Positions 25,001-40,438 are shown, counted from the stretch's first letter. The stretch is DNA of 64,000 bases from Octopus bimaculoides (GCF_001194135.2 NC_068993.1:20012282-20076281); one strand, 5' to 3'. Numbers and translations: made by a program. The notes: generated by a model not told the origin, from the letters alone.

Positions 25001-27349
25001 TTAAATCACCTGTTGTAAAAGCGATAAGCCTATGTTTAAATATACATAATCCCTCCTTTCCATGTGAGCTTAGAACAAATATGTGGATGTGTGTATGCAG
25101 AGACAAAATGTCTAAATGGATTAAGACAGCAAAATGCTGAACAATATTTCTTCCGACTTTATGTTTTGAGTTCAAATGCTATTAAGGTCTTCTTTGCCTT
25201 TCATCTTTTTGGGGATCAATACAATAAGTACCAATTCAGCACTGCAGTCAATGTAATCAACATACCCTTCCCATGAAATTGCTGGCCTTGTGTCAAAAAT
25301 TTGAAACCAAAATGACTAAATGGATTAAAGTACAATGCTACTAGCATATAAGTAGCCTTGTACTTCATCCATTTAGTCATTTTGGTTTTGATTGGTTGGT
25401 CAAAGTCATTGAAGGCACACAGTTTAAGAACAAAATTTCTCTCTTGCATGTTTAGCAATAAGAAAAAAAGTCTAGTAAACCCTGGCCCTCATGAAAATGT
25501 TTTGGTACCCTGAATAGGATTTTTTTTCGTTTATCCCCCATTTGTTTTGTCTTCAAGTGGTTTAGCAAAGGAAGAAATCAGCCTTACCAAACCATTCCAC
25601 TTAAATGAATACAACTGAAAATAGTAGTCAAGGTTATGGGGAAAGCTGGTGAAGCAAGCCAAAATCAACCAAACTCAAATTTAAAATTCTACAGCTCTAA
25701 TACATCTATAATTAGTTAGAATTATTTTCCAGGAATTTAATGTTAAAATTTTAGAATTGTTTACAAAATGATCTATGGTTTTGTTGTTATTTAGCCACAG
25801 GTTGTCCCCTATCCAGCAGATTTATAATCAATAGCATTCCAGCTGTAACCATCCAGTCTTTTTGTGCATACAAGATGCACTGTCTAACATGTCATTCTTT
25901 ACTAAGACAGTAGTGGGAATTGAGGAAGATTTGACTATGATTTCTTGCAGATAAAGCACAGAGGTTTCCTCATTGTATTATTTGTGGTTTGGTTTGATTT
26001 TCTTTGTTTTAATTTATTTATTTTTACAAGTATTCTATGAGTAGATGTCCTTAATTCTAATTAAGCTTAATATTTGCATTATCTCTGTATTTTTCTCTTT
26101 AATTATTTCTACAGGTTAATTGAAACTAAATCTAAAGATGCTAAAGGTTTGTATAGCCTTTTTTTCTCCTGGTGGCTACATTTTTTAAAGATTTCAATTA
26201 AATAAAACTCTTTTCTAAAAGATACGGTTATTCCTGTATTTTATTCTTTATCTTGTGATCCCTTTAAACTAATGAAATAATTCTTTATACTTACAGAACT
26301 TGATTGGATCACTGAATTCTCTGAGAAGACCAAGAAAGAAGAAGAACTCAATAAGATTTTGGTACAATTCTGAAATATACTTTTATTTATGACAAAAATC
26401 ATTGCCGTCATTCCTGGCTAGCAGAATCGTTTGTACACTGGGGGAAAACAAGAGGCAGCATAGCTTCCTGCTTTACATTCATCATCATCATCATCCTTTA
26501 ACTTCTGCTTTCCATGCTGGCATGGGTTGAATGGTTTGCCCAGAGCTGGCAAGTTGGAGAGCTGCACTTAGTTCTAGTCTGATTTGGCTTGGTTTCTATG
26601 GTTAGATGCCCTTCCTAACACCAACCACTTTACAGTGTGTGCTGGGTGATTTTAATATGGCACCACATGAATACTTCTATGTGGCACCAGCACATTTGTT
26701 CTGAGTTCAAATCCCACCAAGGTTTACTTTGCCTTTCATTCTTTCAAAGTCAGTAAAATGTGTACCAATTGAGCACTCGGGTGTCTGTGTGATGGAATAA
26801 CCCAGTCCCCATAAAATTGCTGGTCTTGTGCCAAAAATTAAAACCCTTATTTTCGTCGGTTTTATGTTTGCTGTTCTGTTCTTGTAGATTTGAGAAATAT
26901 TAAAATCTAGCATCTTATGAGGCTCTGTAACTGTTGGCTCTTTGAGATTAGCAAGATTATTGCAGTTTATGTTCAGCTTGAACATCTTCATGTCAATGAC
27001 TTCATATGAAACTTAAATGTGAAGCCATGAATCGAAATTCAGTAAATTTGATAAATTGATTAGAGGCAGTAATGTAGATGTATGGTGAATGTAGGTATGC
27101 AGTTCAGACGAAGTGGTATACAGCTAGCTAGTTCTGAAGAATTAAGTCTGTTATAATGACAGAACTGGTTAAGACAATGTACATGTTTCTCATAAAGTGC
27201 AGTGCAGCATCTTCTGGAGAAACCTTTGAGAATTAAAACCAGGACCTACTAATTGCCATGTCTAATAAAATTAATGTTGTTTAAAACTTTTTAAACTTGT
27301 ACAACACCTAATGAAGAAACAAGAATTCTTTATGTATGTGTGTGTATAT

Positions 27350-27382
<33 letters not shown>

Positions 27383-30300
27383 GTTTAACGTCCGCTTTCC
27401 ATGCTAGCATGGGTTGGACGATTTGACTGAGGACTGGTGAAACCGGATGGCAACACCAGGCTCCAGTCTGATTTGGCAGAGTTTCTACAGCTGGATGCCC
27501 TTCCTAACGCCAACCACTCAGAGAGTGTAGTGGGTGCTTTTACGTGTCACCCGCACGAAAACGGCCACGCTCGNNNNNNNNNNNNNNNNNNNNNNNNNNN
27601 NNNNNNNNNNNNNNNNNNNNNNNNNNNNNNNNNNNNNNNNNNNNNNNNNNNNNNNNNNNNNNNNNNNNNNNNNNNNNNNNNNNNNNNNNNNNNNNNNNNN
27701 NNNNNNNNNNNNNNNNNNNNNNNAGGACTTATTCTTTGTAAACCTAGTACTTATTCTATCGGTCTCTTTTGCTGAACCGCTAAGTTACGGGGTCGTAAAC
27801 ACACCAGTATCGGTTGTCAAGTGATGTTGGGGGGACAAACACAGACACACAAACACACATATATATATACATATACATATATATGACGGGCTTCTTTCAG
27901 TTTCCATCTACCAAATCCAACATGTTGAATGGCTGTTGAAAAATGTGCTTCTAGATTAAGTTAATTTTTTTTTAAATTTGATTTATTTAGTTTGTACATC
28001 AATCGTGAAACTAATTTTGTATTGGCCACAATAACTAATAAACTTCATCTATCTCACTTGCCTTACATCATTTTTGTACCAAGGAGAAAAGTCCGTTTGT
28101 TTTTATTTTAAAAACAACAGCCATTCAACATGGAGTTTGGCTTTAACTGCCTTTTCTCCCTCTCTTTATATATATGTGTGGTTCAGGGGTTAGAGCATTG
28201 GGCTCACAATCATGAAGTAGGTAGTGAATTAAATTCCCAGACTGGGCAGTGTTGTGTTCTTAAGCAAGACACTTTATTTCATATTGCTCCAGTTCACTCA
28301 GTTGTTGAGATGAGTTGCAATGTCACTGGTGCCAAGCTATACCAGCTTTTGCCTTACCCTTGGATAACATTGGTGGCATAGGAGAGGCTGGTATAGATGG
28401 GCAACTGCTGGTCTTCTACAAACAACCTTGCTCAGACTTGTACCTCGGAGGGTAACTTTCTAGGTGCAATTCCATGGTCATGTGTATGAATGTATGTCAA
28501 CAGACATTATGTGATGATGAGGATATTGATATTTATATATATATATTGCCTTCTTTAGGAAAAGAAAGCCTTATTCGATGCTGATAAAAGAATTAAAGGA
28601 AAGCATAAAACTTCAAAAAGAAAGGTAATTGAATTCTTGTCTTTATTTTATTTGTACAATCTGCATGAAATTTGCTTGCAAACTTGTGGTTACATACACA
28701 GTCTTTCTGTGGCATATTGGACAAATGGCTTCTACTATTACATTGAACCGACCAAAACCTTGTGAGTGGATTTGGTAGATGAAAACTGAAAGAAACCTGT
28801 TGTGTGTGGCTGTGTGGTAAGAAGTTTGCTTCCCATCCACATGATTCTAGGTTCAGTCACATGCATGGCATTTTGGGCAAATGTCTTCTACTATTGCTTC
28901 AGGTTGACCAAAGCATTGTGTGTGGATTTGGTAGACGAAAACTGGAAGAAGACGTGTGTGTGTCTACCTTTATCACATTGTGTGATGGGTGTAAGTGAGT
29001 ATCACTGTCATACAAGCGATGCTGTTCCTTTCCTGTCTTCCATGGAAAAACGTGCCTCATCATATGAAACAGCATTTAGCTTTAGAAAATCTTCCTCAAT
29101 AAATTGTGTATGGATTAAGCAAACATGGAAAAATAAACATTAGATAATGATATACACATATATGTAAGGAGTGGAGGAGGTTTCTCTTCAAGTGTCTTTG
29201 CATTGACATTATTTGGAACTGCTTAACCTGTTCCACAGATTAAGCAATGTTTGGAATGTGATGAGCAGCAGAATAAAGAACCTTACTTGAAAACAAGCAA
29301 TGTTTGGCTTTGTGAAAGACATCTACTGTAATTTTGTTGTCAAATTATGCCCCTTTTTATCTAATATATAACTTAAGAATTCAATAAAAATCAATAAATC
29401 ATGTACCAAACTGTCTGTTGGATCAATATGGTCAACTTGAAGTTAATTCCTCAGAATGCCTGCAGTCTAATGATTGAAACCAGTAAAAACAATACACTTA
29501 CAAATGTGCACGCGTGTGCACACACACACACACACACAGTAGCAGCATTTTTACACCTAGTTCCTCTGCTAGTTTTCATTCAGGTGGTCATCACAGACTG
29601 AGTCACTTGTTGCTCAGAGTTACTGCCCTACTTGGCGAGTTGGAGGTCAATGTCTTACATTTCGAGCTTGGTTTCTACAGCTGGATGCCATTCTTAACAC
29701 CAACAACTTCACAGAGTGTACTGGGAGCATTTTATCCTAGCATCAACACATAAAAGGTTGTTATGTTCTCAAAATGAGTAAAGGATTCTCTTGACTCAAC
29801 ATTGTTCTAATTCCTTTGCCACCTACTTTACAGACTGTTTGGAGTGCATTTTACATTTTGGCACTTGCACCAATAAGGTTTCCTTCTACCCCATGCCACC
29901 AGCACAAGTGCCAGTAAGGAGACGCTGGTAATGATCATGCTCAAATAGTGCTTTTTATGCACCACCGGCATGGAGACATTCGGCAGCCCTGGCAATGATC
30001 ATGCTCCGATGGTCACCAGTTAACATCCATTTCCCATGGTGGTATGAGTTGGATAGTTTGTCAGGGGCTGGCAAGCCAGAGGACTGTGTCAAGCTCCAAT
30101 GTCTGCTTTGGCATGGTTTCTTAGGTTTGGTGTCCTTCCTAATGCCGACCACCTAACAAAGTATACTGGGTGCTTTTTTACGTGACATTGACACAAGTGA
30201 GGTCACCAAGTAACTCACACAAGACAAGCCCCCTTCAACTGAGATCGGTGTAGCATTGAGGGAGATGGGTTTGTGCCAAGTGATGAGGGGTTAAAGTAGG

Positions 30301-30627
30301 ATACAAAGACTGGAACAGATACTCTGCAGTGGAGATGGTGGATGAAAATGTGTCAGGGCACACCCTCAAGTTACAGGGTGGTGACAGACATACCCTCATG
30401 TATGTGTGTGTGTGTGTAATATTTGGGATATTAATTTCTGTTTTTTCTTTTTGTTTCTTTCAGTCATTAGGCACTGCTTTGAAGAATTTTTAGCCAAATG
30501 AACAGACTCCAGTACTTTTTTTTAAAGCCTGGTACTTATTTTATCAGTTCTTTTGCCAAACCACTAGGTTACAGGGATGTAAACACACCAACACTGGTTG
30601 TCTGGCAGTGGTGAAGGACAGACACAG

Positions 30628-30659
<32 letters not shown>

Positions 30660-31034
30660 GATAGGCTTCTTTCAGTTTCTGTCTTACAAATCCACTCACA
30701 AGGCTTTGGTCTTTGGTTGGTCCTACACTATAGCAGAAGACACTTGCCAAATGTGCCATGCAATAGGACTGAACCCAGAGCCATGTGGTTGGGAAGTATA
30801 ACTCAGTGTATTCTTTCTTTTACTTGTTTCAGTCATTTGACTGCGGCCATGCTGGAGCACTGCCTTTTAGTCAAACAAATCAACCCCAGGACTTATTTTT
30901 TGTAAGCCTAGTACTTATTCTATCAGTCTCTTTTGCCAAACAGCTAAGTTACGGGGACGTAAACACACCCGCATCGGTTGTCAAACGATGTTGGCGGGGA
31001 CAAGCACAGACACACAAACATATACACACACATA

Positions 31035-31068
<34 letters not shown>

Positions 31069-32984
31069 TACGACGGGCTTCTTTCAATTTCTGTCTACCA
31101 AATCCACTCACAAGGCTTTGGTCGGCCTGAGGCTATAGTAGAAGACACTTGCCCGAGGTGCCACGCAGTGGGACTGAACCCGGAACCGTGTAGTTGGTAA
31201 GCAAGCTACTTACCACACAGCCACTCCTGCACCTATAGCACACAGCCACTCCTGCGCCTATATTGATTTCTTCAAAACTTTTACATTTTATTCTGCTTTC
31301 ACCTTCCTTAGTGCCATGAACTAGAAAGTGAATTTGACAAATTGATAAAATCATCCTCTGAAGACATTAAGGATGCATTCGAAGCTGAGTTAAGAGAAAT
31401 CCACAAACTGGAGAATTCAGAAGAAAATGAAGATGCTGAAATTGTTCTCAGTGAATATATTAGTGATAACGAAGCTGATGGAGAGAAGAATGACTCTGGC
31501 AGAGAAGATGATAATGATACATCAGAAGAACATATTATGAAGGTAAACCTGTTGATTTCTTTAACTGATTCAACTTGGTATTTGAGAGAGGTAAATAATG
31601 AAGTCTAAAATTTGTTTTTTTTTTTAAGGTAAAGTGGAAATGGCAACATGGAGGAATCAATAGTTAATCACAAGTCTAATGTCCTAGAAGCTCCTAATGT
31701 TACTTGTTGTTGTTGGCACGACGTCGAGGGTTCCAGTTGATCCGATCAACGGAACAACCTGCTCGTGAAACTAACGTGCAAGTGGCTGAGCACTCCACAG
31801 ACACGTGTACCCTTAACGTAGTTCTCGGGGATATTCAGCGTGATACAGTGTGACATGGCTGGCCCTTTGAATTACAGGCACAACAGAAGCAGGAAGTAAG
31901 AGTGAGAGAAAGTTGTGGTGAAAGAGTACAGCAGGGTTCGCCACCATCCCCTGCCGGAGCCTCATGGAGCTTTAGGTGTTTTCGCTCAATAAACACTCAC
32001 AATGCTGGGTTTGGGAATCGAAACCGCGATCCTATGACCGCATGTCCGCTGCCCTAACCACTGGGCCATTGCACCTCCACTAATGTTACTATAACACATT
32101 TATCCTTCATTCTCTGTAAATTGGTGATATCTCATCTTTTTATCTTTTATCTTTTACTTGTTTCAGTCGTTGGACTGTGGCCATGCTGGAGCACTGCCTT
32201 GAGTTTTTAGCTGAATAAATCGACCCCAGTACTTTTTTTCTTTTAAGCTTGGTACTTATTCTATCAGTCTCTTTTGCTGAACAACTAAGTTATGGGGACA
32301 TAAATACACCAATACCAGTTGTCAAGTGGTAGTGGGGGAACAAACACACCCACATCCTGAGGTCGTTCTTCTGTACTTCATCCCTTGTCTTTTTGGGCCT
32401 TCCACTTCCACAATGTCCATCTACATCACATGACCAAACCAGCCTAGTCTTCTCTCTTGCCCACAACAACTAATTCCTCTTATTCCTAACTTCTATCTCA
32501 GAACACTAGCACACAGGTATAATTACATTACACATCCAGCTGAGCATTCTAGCCTCATTCCTTTCTAACCTTCACATTCTAACCCTCTGCATTCAGGGCC
32601 CACATCTCACTACCATGTAGAATTGCTGTCCATATACGTGCATCATATAATCTTCCTTCCATTTGGAGGGAGAAACCTTTTGTGGCCAACAGAAGTAACA
32701 GCTCTCTGAATTTCTTCCATCCTATTCTTATTTTGGCTCTCACACTCTCCGTGCATCCTCCCCAACTACTAATTTAGTCCTCTAGGTAACAGAAATGATC
32801 TACTACCTCTAATGAAACACCAGGGCATTTGAGAGAATCAATTTCCCGAGTCTCTAAAGTTTTCTATGAATCCTCTGCATTTTCTACATACAAATACTAT
32901 CTTCTCTGATAACCTTCCTATTAATCCACTGCACCCCTTGTGTGTCCATAGCTCTCTTTCTTTCTTTCTCTCTCTCTCTCTCTC

Positions 32985-33022
<38 letters not shown>

Positions 33023-36000
33023 GCACATACACACACACACATGTACACACTCTCTTCTAATTGTTACTCATCTATTTCTCAGAATATTTTGAAGTCCATA
33101 AATTAATTGCCAACCTTTTTATCTAGTCAATACAAATTATAGTATCTATTCTGAGATGAGATGATAGGTGAAGCTTTCTTGTATAAATTGGTAATACTAC
33201 TGCTGAACAAGGTACAACTTTGTTTGTTGTGCCCAAGTTTCTCTTTTTCAAATTGTTGTTTATACTGTCTTAATATCATTTGTTATGTTTTGTTACTAAT
33301 TTCTCTCCGTTTTTCCAGATCTATTACTGCAGTCGCACTCATTCCCAGCTGTCTCAGTTTATTAAAGAAATCAAGAAGAGTCCCTATGGAGACGATGTCA
33401 GCGTAACAACATTAGCTTCAAGACAAGTAAGATTGGCCAATAAAAATTCCTAAACATTAAGACTCAATAGATTTAAATATGAAGGCATATTGCCTAGTAG
33501 TTAGAAGGTTGCATTCACAATCGTAAGTTCATGGTTTCAATTCCTGGACCAGGGAAGTGTTGTGTTCTTGAGCAAAGCACTTTATTTTGCATTGCTCCGG
33601 CCCTCTCAGCTGCAAATAAGCTCCCCTGTGACCAATTGGTGTCCAGTTTAGAAGGACTATCATGATCTCGGTCTCTTATACATCATAGGCCTCCCCACCT
33701 AGCCAGTCGGACAGCATCATTTGAAAGCTACAAAAATGCAAAGAAGTGTATGGTGACCAGCAGTCTATAACAGCATCTAATAGTCTGGTCCATATGGTGA
33801 TACAGTGACATTTACATATGCCAAATATTTCCATTCATATTTTATATAATACTTTCAGCAATATTTAATTATTAGGACAATTATATTATATAAGTTGTTT
33901 TTTGCCTTAAACAAATCAAAATCGCTGATGTGGCCAATGACAGTATCTCTTGATTGGCACTCGTGCCAGTGGAACGTTAAAAGCACATCCGAGCGTGATT
34001 GTTGCCAGGGTCACGGATTGGCTCCCGTGCCGGTAACACGTGAAAAGCACCATTCGAGTGTAATCGTTGCTAGCGTCGCCTTACCGGTATATGAAAAACA
34101 ACATTCAAGTATGGACGTTGCCAGTGCTGCCAGGCTAGCTCCCATGCAGGTAGCACATAAAAACACACTTTTGAGCATGGTCATTGCCAGAACTGCCTGA
34201 CTGGCCCTCGTGCAGGTGGCATATGAAAGCACCCACTACACTCTCGGAGTAGTTGGTGTTAGGAAGGGCATCCACCTGTAGAAACTTTGCCAGATTAGAT
34301 TGAGCCTGGTGCAGCCTCTGGCTCACCAGTCCTCGGTCAAACCGTCCAACCCATGCCAGCATGGAAAGTGGACGTTAAATGATAATGATGAAAGAAAGCA
34401 TCAGATTTCGATAATACTGGAGCTCAGTGGATTTTATTGTAATTAAAATTGTAATCATCCATGTACAAATTTCTTGAAACTTTAACCCCACCGAAATTTC
34501 TTTTCTGCTGATTGAACTATTTTTACATACACTGGATTTATTTGCATTTGACTATCTTCATGTGGATCAGGATCAGAAATCATTCCAAAGCAGTTATTGT
34601 TGCTACTGTTGCATGTTTTGAATATGCCATTAGACCATCTCTTGTCTCATGCCAACAAGCGAAGCTTTACAAAACCACTTGATCTAATAGATATTATTGC
34701 AAATTCTACCTTCAGCTTGAACACTATCATCTTAAAAAGTAACAAGTATATATTAAATTGTGTAGTTCCACATAACTTAAAAGGGTGGGATGGTCATGGC
34801 TGATATGTCTTTGATTGTAGGTCTTAATCAGGGTTAACTTGAGACACCAAACAACAGCAATATCTCATAAGTTATATAGTTACCTAAAGCACTGAAGCGT
34901 ATCTCTTTATGCCTGAAGCCTATCCAATTTTAAGTCATCCTATACATTTCCAATAAATAAAGCTTCTACAGGTTGGACCTTTTAAATCCAGCAACTCTCA
35001 TGATACTTCTATGGTCCAGCACTTTTTGAATCTATCGCCATTAGTTTGTTGATCTGCTACAAGGAAGGTACTTGTTAATAGTGCAAAGTCACCAAGGTTT
35101 TGTTTACCACAGCCAAGTGTTTTGGGATGTAGTCCTACTCATTTCTAGTATTTTGCTGGATTTTGGCTCATATAATTTATGTTACACAAAACCAAGTTTG
35201 GGAGCTGCCTGACTCACCTCCATGCCTGTGGCACGTAAAAAGCAACATTCAAGCGTGATCGATGTCATTGCCGCCTGACTGGCACATAATAAGCACCAAT
35301 CAAGCGTGGTTGATGCCAGTGCCGCCTGACTGGCCCCTGTGGTGGCACATAAAAAGCACCCACTACACTCTTGGAGTGGTTGGCATTAGGAAGGGCATCC
35401 AGATCACATTGGAGTGTGGTTCTGCCTCCTGGCTTGCCAGTCTTCAGTCAAACCGTCCAACCCATGCCAGCATGGAAAGCAGACATTAAATGATGATGTG
35501 TCATTTCTGTTTTAAGCTTTTTTCTGGCTTTCATAAGACATCAAGATATGTCTTTTATGTTTTGTTTATTTGTTTCAGTCACTAAACTGCAGCCATGCTG
35601 GGGCACCACCTTGAATTTTTTTAGTTGAACGAATCAACCCTGGTACTTTGCTGAACTGCTGAGTTATGGGAACATAAACCCACCAACACCAGTTGTCGAG
35701 CTGTAGTAAGAGACACACACACATATATAGAATGGGATTCTTTCCCTTTCCTTCTACCAGATCCACTCACAAAGCTTTGGTCAGCATGAGGTTATAGTAG
35801 AAGACACTTGCCCAAGGTGCCACGCAGTGGGACTGAACCTGGAACCATTTGGTTGGGAAGCAAGCTTCTTACTACACAGTTATACTTGCAACTATATATG
35901 GAATAAGTTGTCAGCGATATCTGTGGAATGTAATGGCACTTTCCTTAGGAATCAGTCTCTGTTTTCTGACACATGTCTGTGAATCAGTAATAGGCATAGG

Positions 36001-36157
36001 AGTGGCTATGTGGTAAGTAGCATGCTTACGAACTACATGGTTCCGGGTTCAGTCCCACTACGTGGCACCTTGGGCAAGTGTCTTCTACTATAGCCTCGGG
36101 CCAACCAAAGCCTTGTGAGTGTATTTGGTAGACGGAAACTGAAAGAAGCCCATCGTA

Positions 36158-36204
<47 letters not shown>

Positions 36205-39200
36205 ATATGTTTGTGTATCTGTGTTTGTCCCCCCAATATCGCTTGACAACCGATGCTGGTGTGTTTACATCCCCGAAACTTAGCGGTTCGGCAAAAGAAG
36301 ACCGATAGAATAAGTACTAGGCTTACAAAGAATAAGTTCTGGGGTCGATGTGCTCGACTAAAGGCGGTGCTCCAGCATGGCCACAGTCAATGACTGAAAC
36401 AAGTAAAAAAGCCAAATCCCAATGTTGCCAGATTTAAGAGGCCTAACCCATAGTAAGGTAATGTGCATCTGCTTTGCTATTTTTATGTCTTTCTGTTGCA
36501 CCACTTCATGCGTTACACCTATTTTTCTGTTGCAGAATATGTGTATCAATGAGAATGTTCAACGTTTAAAGTCCTTAACTTTAATAAATGACCAGTGTTT
36601 GGAATTGCAGAAATCTAAAAAAAGTAAGATTCTCTCTAAAATGGACTTAGTATCCTTTTGCTTTATTTAAAAACTAAGTGGTTTTTTATTAATTTGTTTC
36701 TGTTTCTGTTCTGTTTAGACTCAGAAGTGAACTCCAGCTCTATGAACTGTTTTAATTCCTAATTGAGTTTTTGCCATTTTGCTTATGTTTGTAATACCCT
36801 TTAACGTCCACTTTTCCTCCCAGCACACAATCTGTACCCTTGACTAACCTCCCCAACAACCCTTCTTCCCAAAACTGCCATCTTCTACCCATGCTTACCT
36901 CTCACTGCATTCCCCTTCACTCTCACTTGTACCTACCAGTATCCAGTACATCCCTATCGTATCTCTTCCTTACAACATATCCTTCCAGTACCTCCTCCTC
37001 CTACTTGTGCCTACTCATTACATCTCCCTCTCCATTTATCATTCTCCTTTCACAATCTCGTGAAATCACTCTCCCACTCACCTTCTCCAATCCCTTGTCC
37101 ACTCATCTCTGTCTCTTCCCCATCACATCTCCACCTTCTCTTCACACCTGAGGCAGTCATTTTACCCCTCTATTTTAAGACTCCTTTTTTTTTTTTGTCC
37201 CTCAATATTATTCTTCACTACTGCTGACACCATGTAAAAAGCACCAGGTCTGCTCTGTAAAGTGGTTGGCATTAGGAAGGGTATCGAGCTGTTAAAACCA
37301 TGCTTAAACAGATCTCTCTAGTTCTGGTGCCATGTAAAAAGCATCCAGTCTGCTCTGTAAAGTGCTCCCTTGGCATTAGGAAGGGCATCGAGCTATAAAA
37401 ACCATACCAAAACAGAGTGAAGCTTTGTGCAGTCTTCCGAAAAATCTTCCTTCCACCCCCTCACATCAAACTCAGCCTCGTGAAAATCTTCGTAAAAACA
37501 ATGACACACATTGGTTGTGCCTTCCAGTACCTAAAAGTAAAATTTGGTGCAGAGAAAACTGACGCAAAATTGAAAGCAAGTATTTTCATTGGATCCACGA
37601 TCAGAGAATTGATATCTGATAGCAAATCCAGAGGTAAACTGAATCCAGTTGAGCTGACAGCATGGGATTCATTTGTATTAGTTGTGCAAAACTTTCTTCT
37701 CATACTATTTATTTGCTAAGAAAATAAACAAAATGAATGAGGGAAAAAAAGTGACAAAAGAATTATTTGTTATCTTTAATCAAAAAGAAGAATTTATTTG
37801 TGATATAAATTTTAACTGAAACATCTCTATATTTAGCAAATATAAATATACCTTTGCATTCTCATGGCATAAAAAAACTCACTTCCTTGCATAGCAGTTC
37901 TGTTATTCTACTTTATTATACTTCCAGGTTCAAGTACCAAAGAAAAACAACCAAAGAAACAGAAACAGGCCAGTTGTCCATTCTACAAAGTAGAAAGAAT
38001 TGAGCATTATAGAGATACAATTCTTGTAAGATTTTATATTCTATTTTGAATTAGTATGGTAGCCAATTGGGATTTATTTGAGGTTTTGTTGTTGCTTGTT
38101 AAGAACTACAAATGTTAGAAGTCACTTATTATAATCACAGGAAACGTTATAAGACAAGGTGGTGAGCTTGGCAGGATTGTTAGCACATCAAACAAAATGC
38201 TTAGTGGCATTTCTTCTGGTTCTTTATGCTCTTAGTTCAAATCCTACTGAGGTCAAGTTTGCTTTCCATCCCTTTGAGGTTGGTAAAATAATTGACAATC
38301 AAGTATTAGACTCAATGTAATTGACATGTTCCCTTCTCTCAAAATCGCTGATCATAAACCTTGCCATGAACCAGCATCCCATTCAGAAGAATGTTGTGAT
38401 CTCAGTCACTTGTCATCATCATCATCATCATCGTCTTCGTTTAACGTCCGCTTTCCATGCTAGCATGGGTTGGACGATTTGACTGAGGACTGGTGGACCA
38501 GGAGGCGACACCAGGCTCCAATCTGATTTGGCAGAGTTTCTACAGCTGGATGCCCTGGCAACGATCTCGTTCGAATGACTTTTCACGTGCCAGGAAGGCA
38601 ACGTTGATAACGATCATGCTGGTGCTATTTACGTGCCACCAGCACGGAAGCCAGACAGCTAACTGGCCTTATGAGTTCTTGGGCTATAGAAAAACAAAAT
38701 CTTATAAAGTAAATTCTTATCTAAATTACTGGATCCAAAACTCTTAAGATGAATTTTAAAAATTGTCTGTTTATTATAATCAAAGGTTTAGATGTCATCC
38801 AGTCATTGTTATTGAAAAGACTTCATCCAAAGTGAACTAAGAAAGTGACTTCTACTGTAATATAAATATCTTTTTATTTCAATATAAATATCTTATATAT
38901 TTCTTTGTAGACTGAAGTTAGAGACATTGAACAACTAGTTAACCTGGGAAAACAGATGAAATGTTGTCCATATTATGGCACACGTTTTAGTATTGCAGCA
39001 GCAGAGGTAAGTCTAGTTTCATAAGTATTGTGTGTGTGTGTGTATATATATATACTAAGGACAATGGTGTATAACATACAGCTTCTCTTATCTGCTACTT
39101 TCTCCTGCAGAAAACATATAATTGCATCAAGGTCTTGAAGATCCCAGCCAGAGGTCCAGAAGGTCACCTTATTTTCTGGCAAACCTGTCTGTGGACACTA

Positions 39201-40396
39201 TCTTTAATAGTGCTGCTTACAATGATCCAAGCTATGGTTAGCAGCAGCCATTGGTCATGTTTTCTTACATCCTCCCCACTTTCCACCAGTTCTAAAGGTC
39301 CAGTACAATTAATGGTTGTTTACTGTCCTTCTTTCTCCCTTTAGTAAATCACACAGACATGAAACAAAAGCTGAATGTTATCTGTCATAACTTCACTCCC
39401 ACCACAAGGTCAAGGCTTTGCTGCAGTGTCTACGGTTTGTGTGCCTCAATGACCCTGATAACTATGCCATCAGAACACAAGCTCCTGACAGGGCCTCCCA
39501 TGCTGAACAAATCAAAGGATAGAAGCCCAACTAAAATGGACTGCTTTTCCCCCCAGTAGTGAAAATGGATTTGTATAGAGCTAGCAGCACTACCAAGAAA
39601 GAAAAAAAACAAAGTTACTAAAGCTTCGATGACAATTTAAAACCATCAGCCTGGTGTAGCCATCCGGTTGCACCAGTCCTCAGTCAAATCGTCCAACCCA
39701 TGCTAGCATGGAAAGCAGACGTTAAATGATGATGATGATGATGATGAAACCCTGGGATAGGAAAGGAGCAGAAAAGACAGCTCAGAGTTAGAAACAGGGG
39801 AGAAAATTCATTAATGCTTTATATTCCATAAGGAGATCAGGGCTTAAGTTAACTGCACTCAATTGTTTTTAACTCATTAATGCACAAAGTGGCTGTTTTC
39901 AAATGGTACCCCATGGTACACTGGTATACTTCATAGAGTACCTTGATGTGATACAGTTGTTTTTTTTTTCCCTAGTATAATGTAAGATTTTAGAGACAAT
40001 TCTAATGTTCATCTGTTAGTCATAATTTTGTTATATACAACTATAATTAATAAAGCAAGGTGTTTGTGTGTGTGTGTGTATATAAATATTAACTTTAAAA
40101 CTGATTAAATTCTTTCAAAATTACCTATGTGATGTGTATCCTCCAATTTTTTATTTGATCTCTGGTGTTTGATGAATTTTAAAAGATTAAGGACTACTGG
40201 GATAAGCAACTAAAAAAAAAAAAGAAACAGAAAATATATATATAAAGACTGTGTGGTAAGTAACTTACCAGCCACATGGTCCTGGGTTCAGTCCCACTGC
40301 GTGGCACCTTGGGCAAGTGTCTCCTACTATAACCTCGGGCCGACCAAAGCGTTGTGAGTGGATTTGGTAGACGGAAACTGGAAGAAGCCCGTCGTA

Positions 40397-40438
<42 letters not shown>

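Noticed and set aside
27425-27450. CTGAGGA...GAAA in RTE 3'-UTR copies (ctgaggactggtgaaacc)
   Set aside because: The GAAA falls in the hairpin loop. There is no GAAA after stem II and no stem I/III, so it is not a hammerhead.
31629-31700. AG acceptor after exon 7 suggesting an extra exon
   Set aside because: All three frames contain stops, and exons 7-8 already join in frame.
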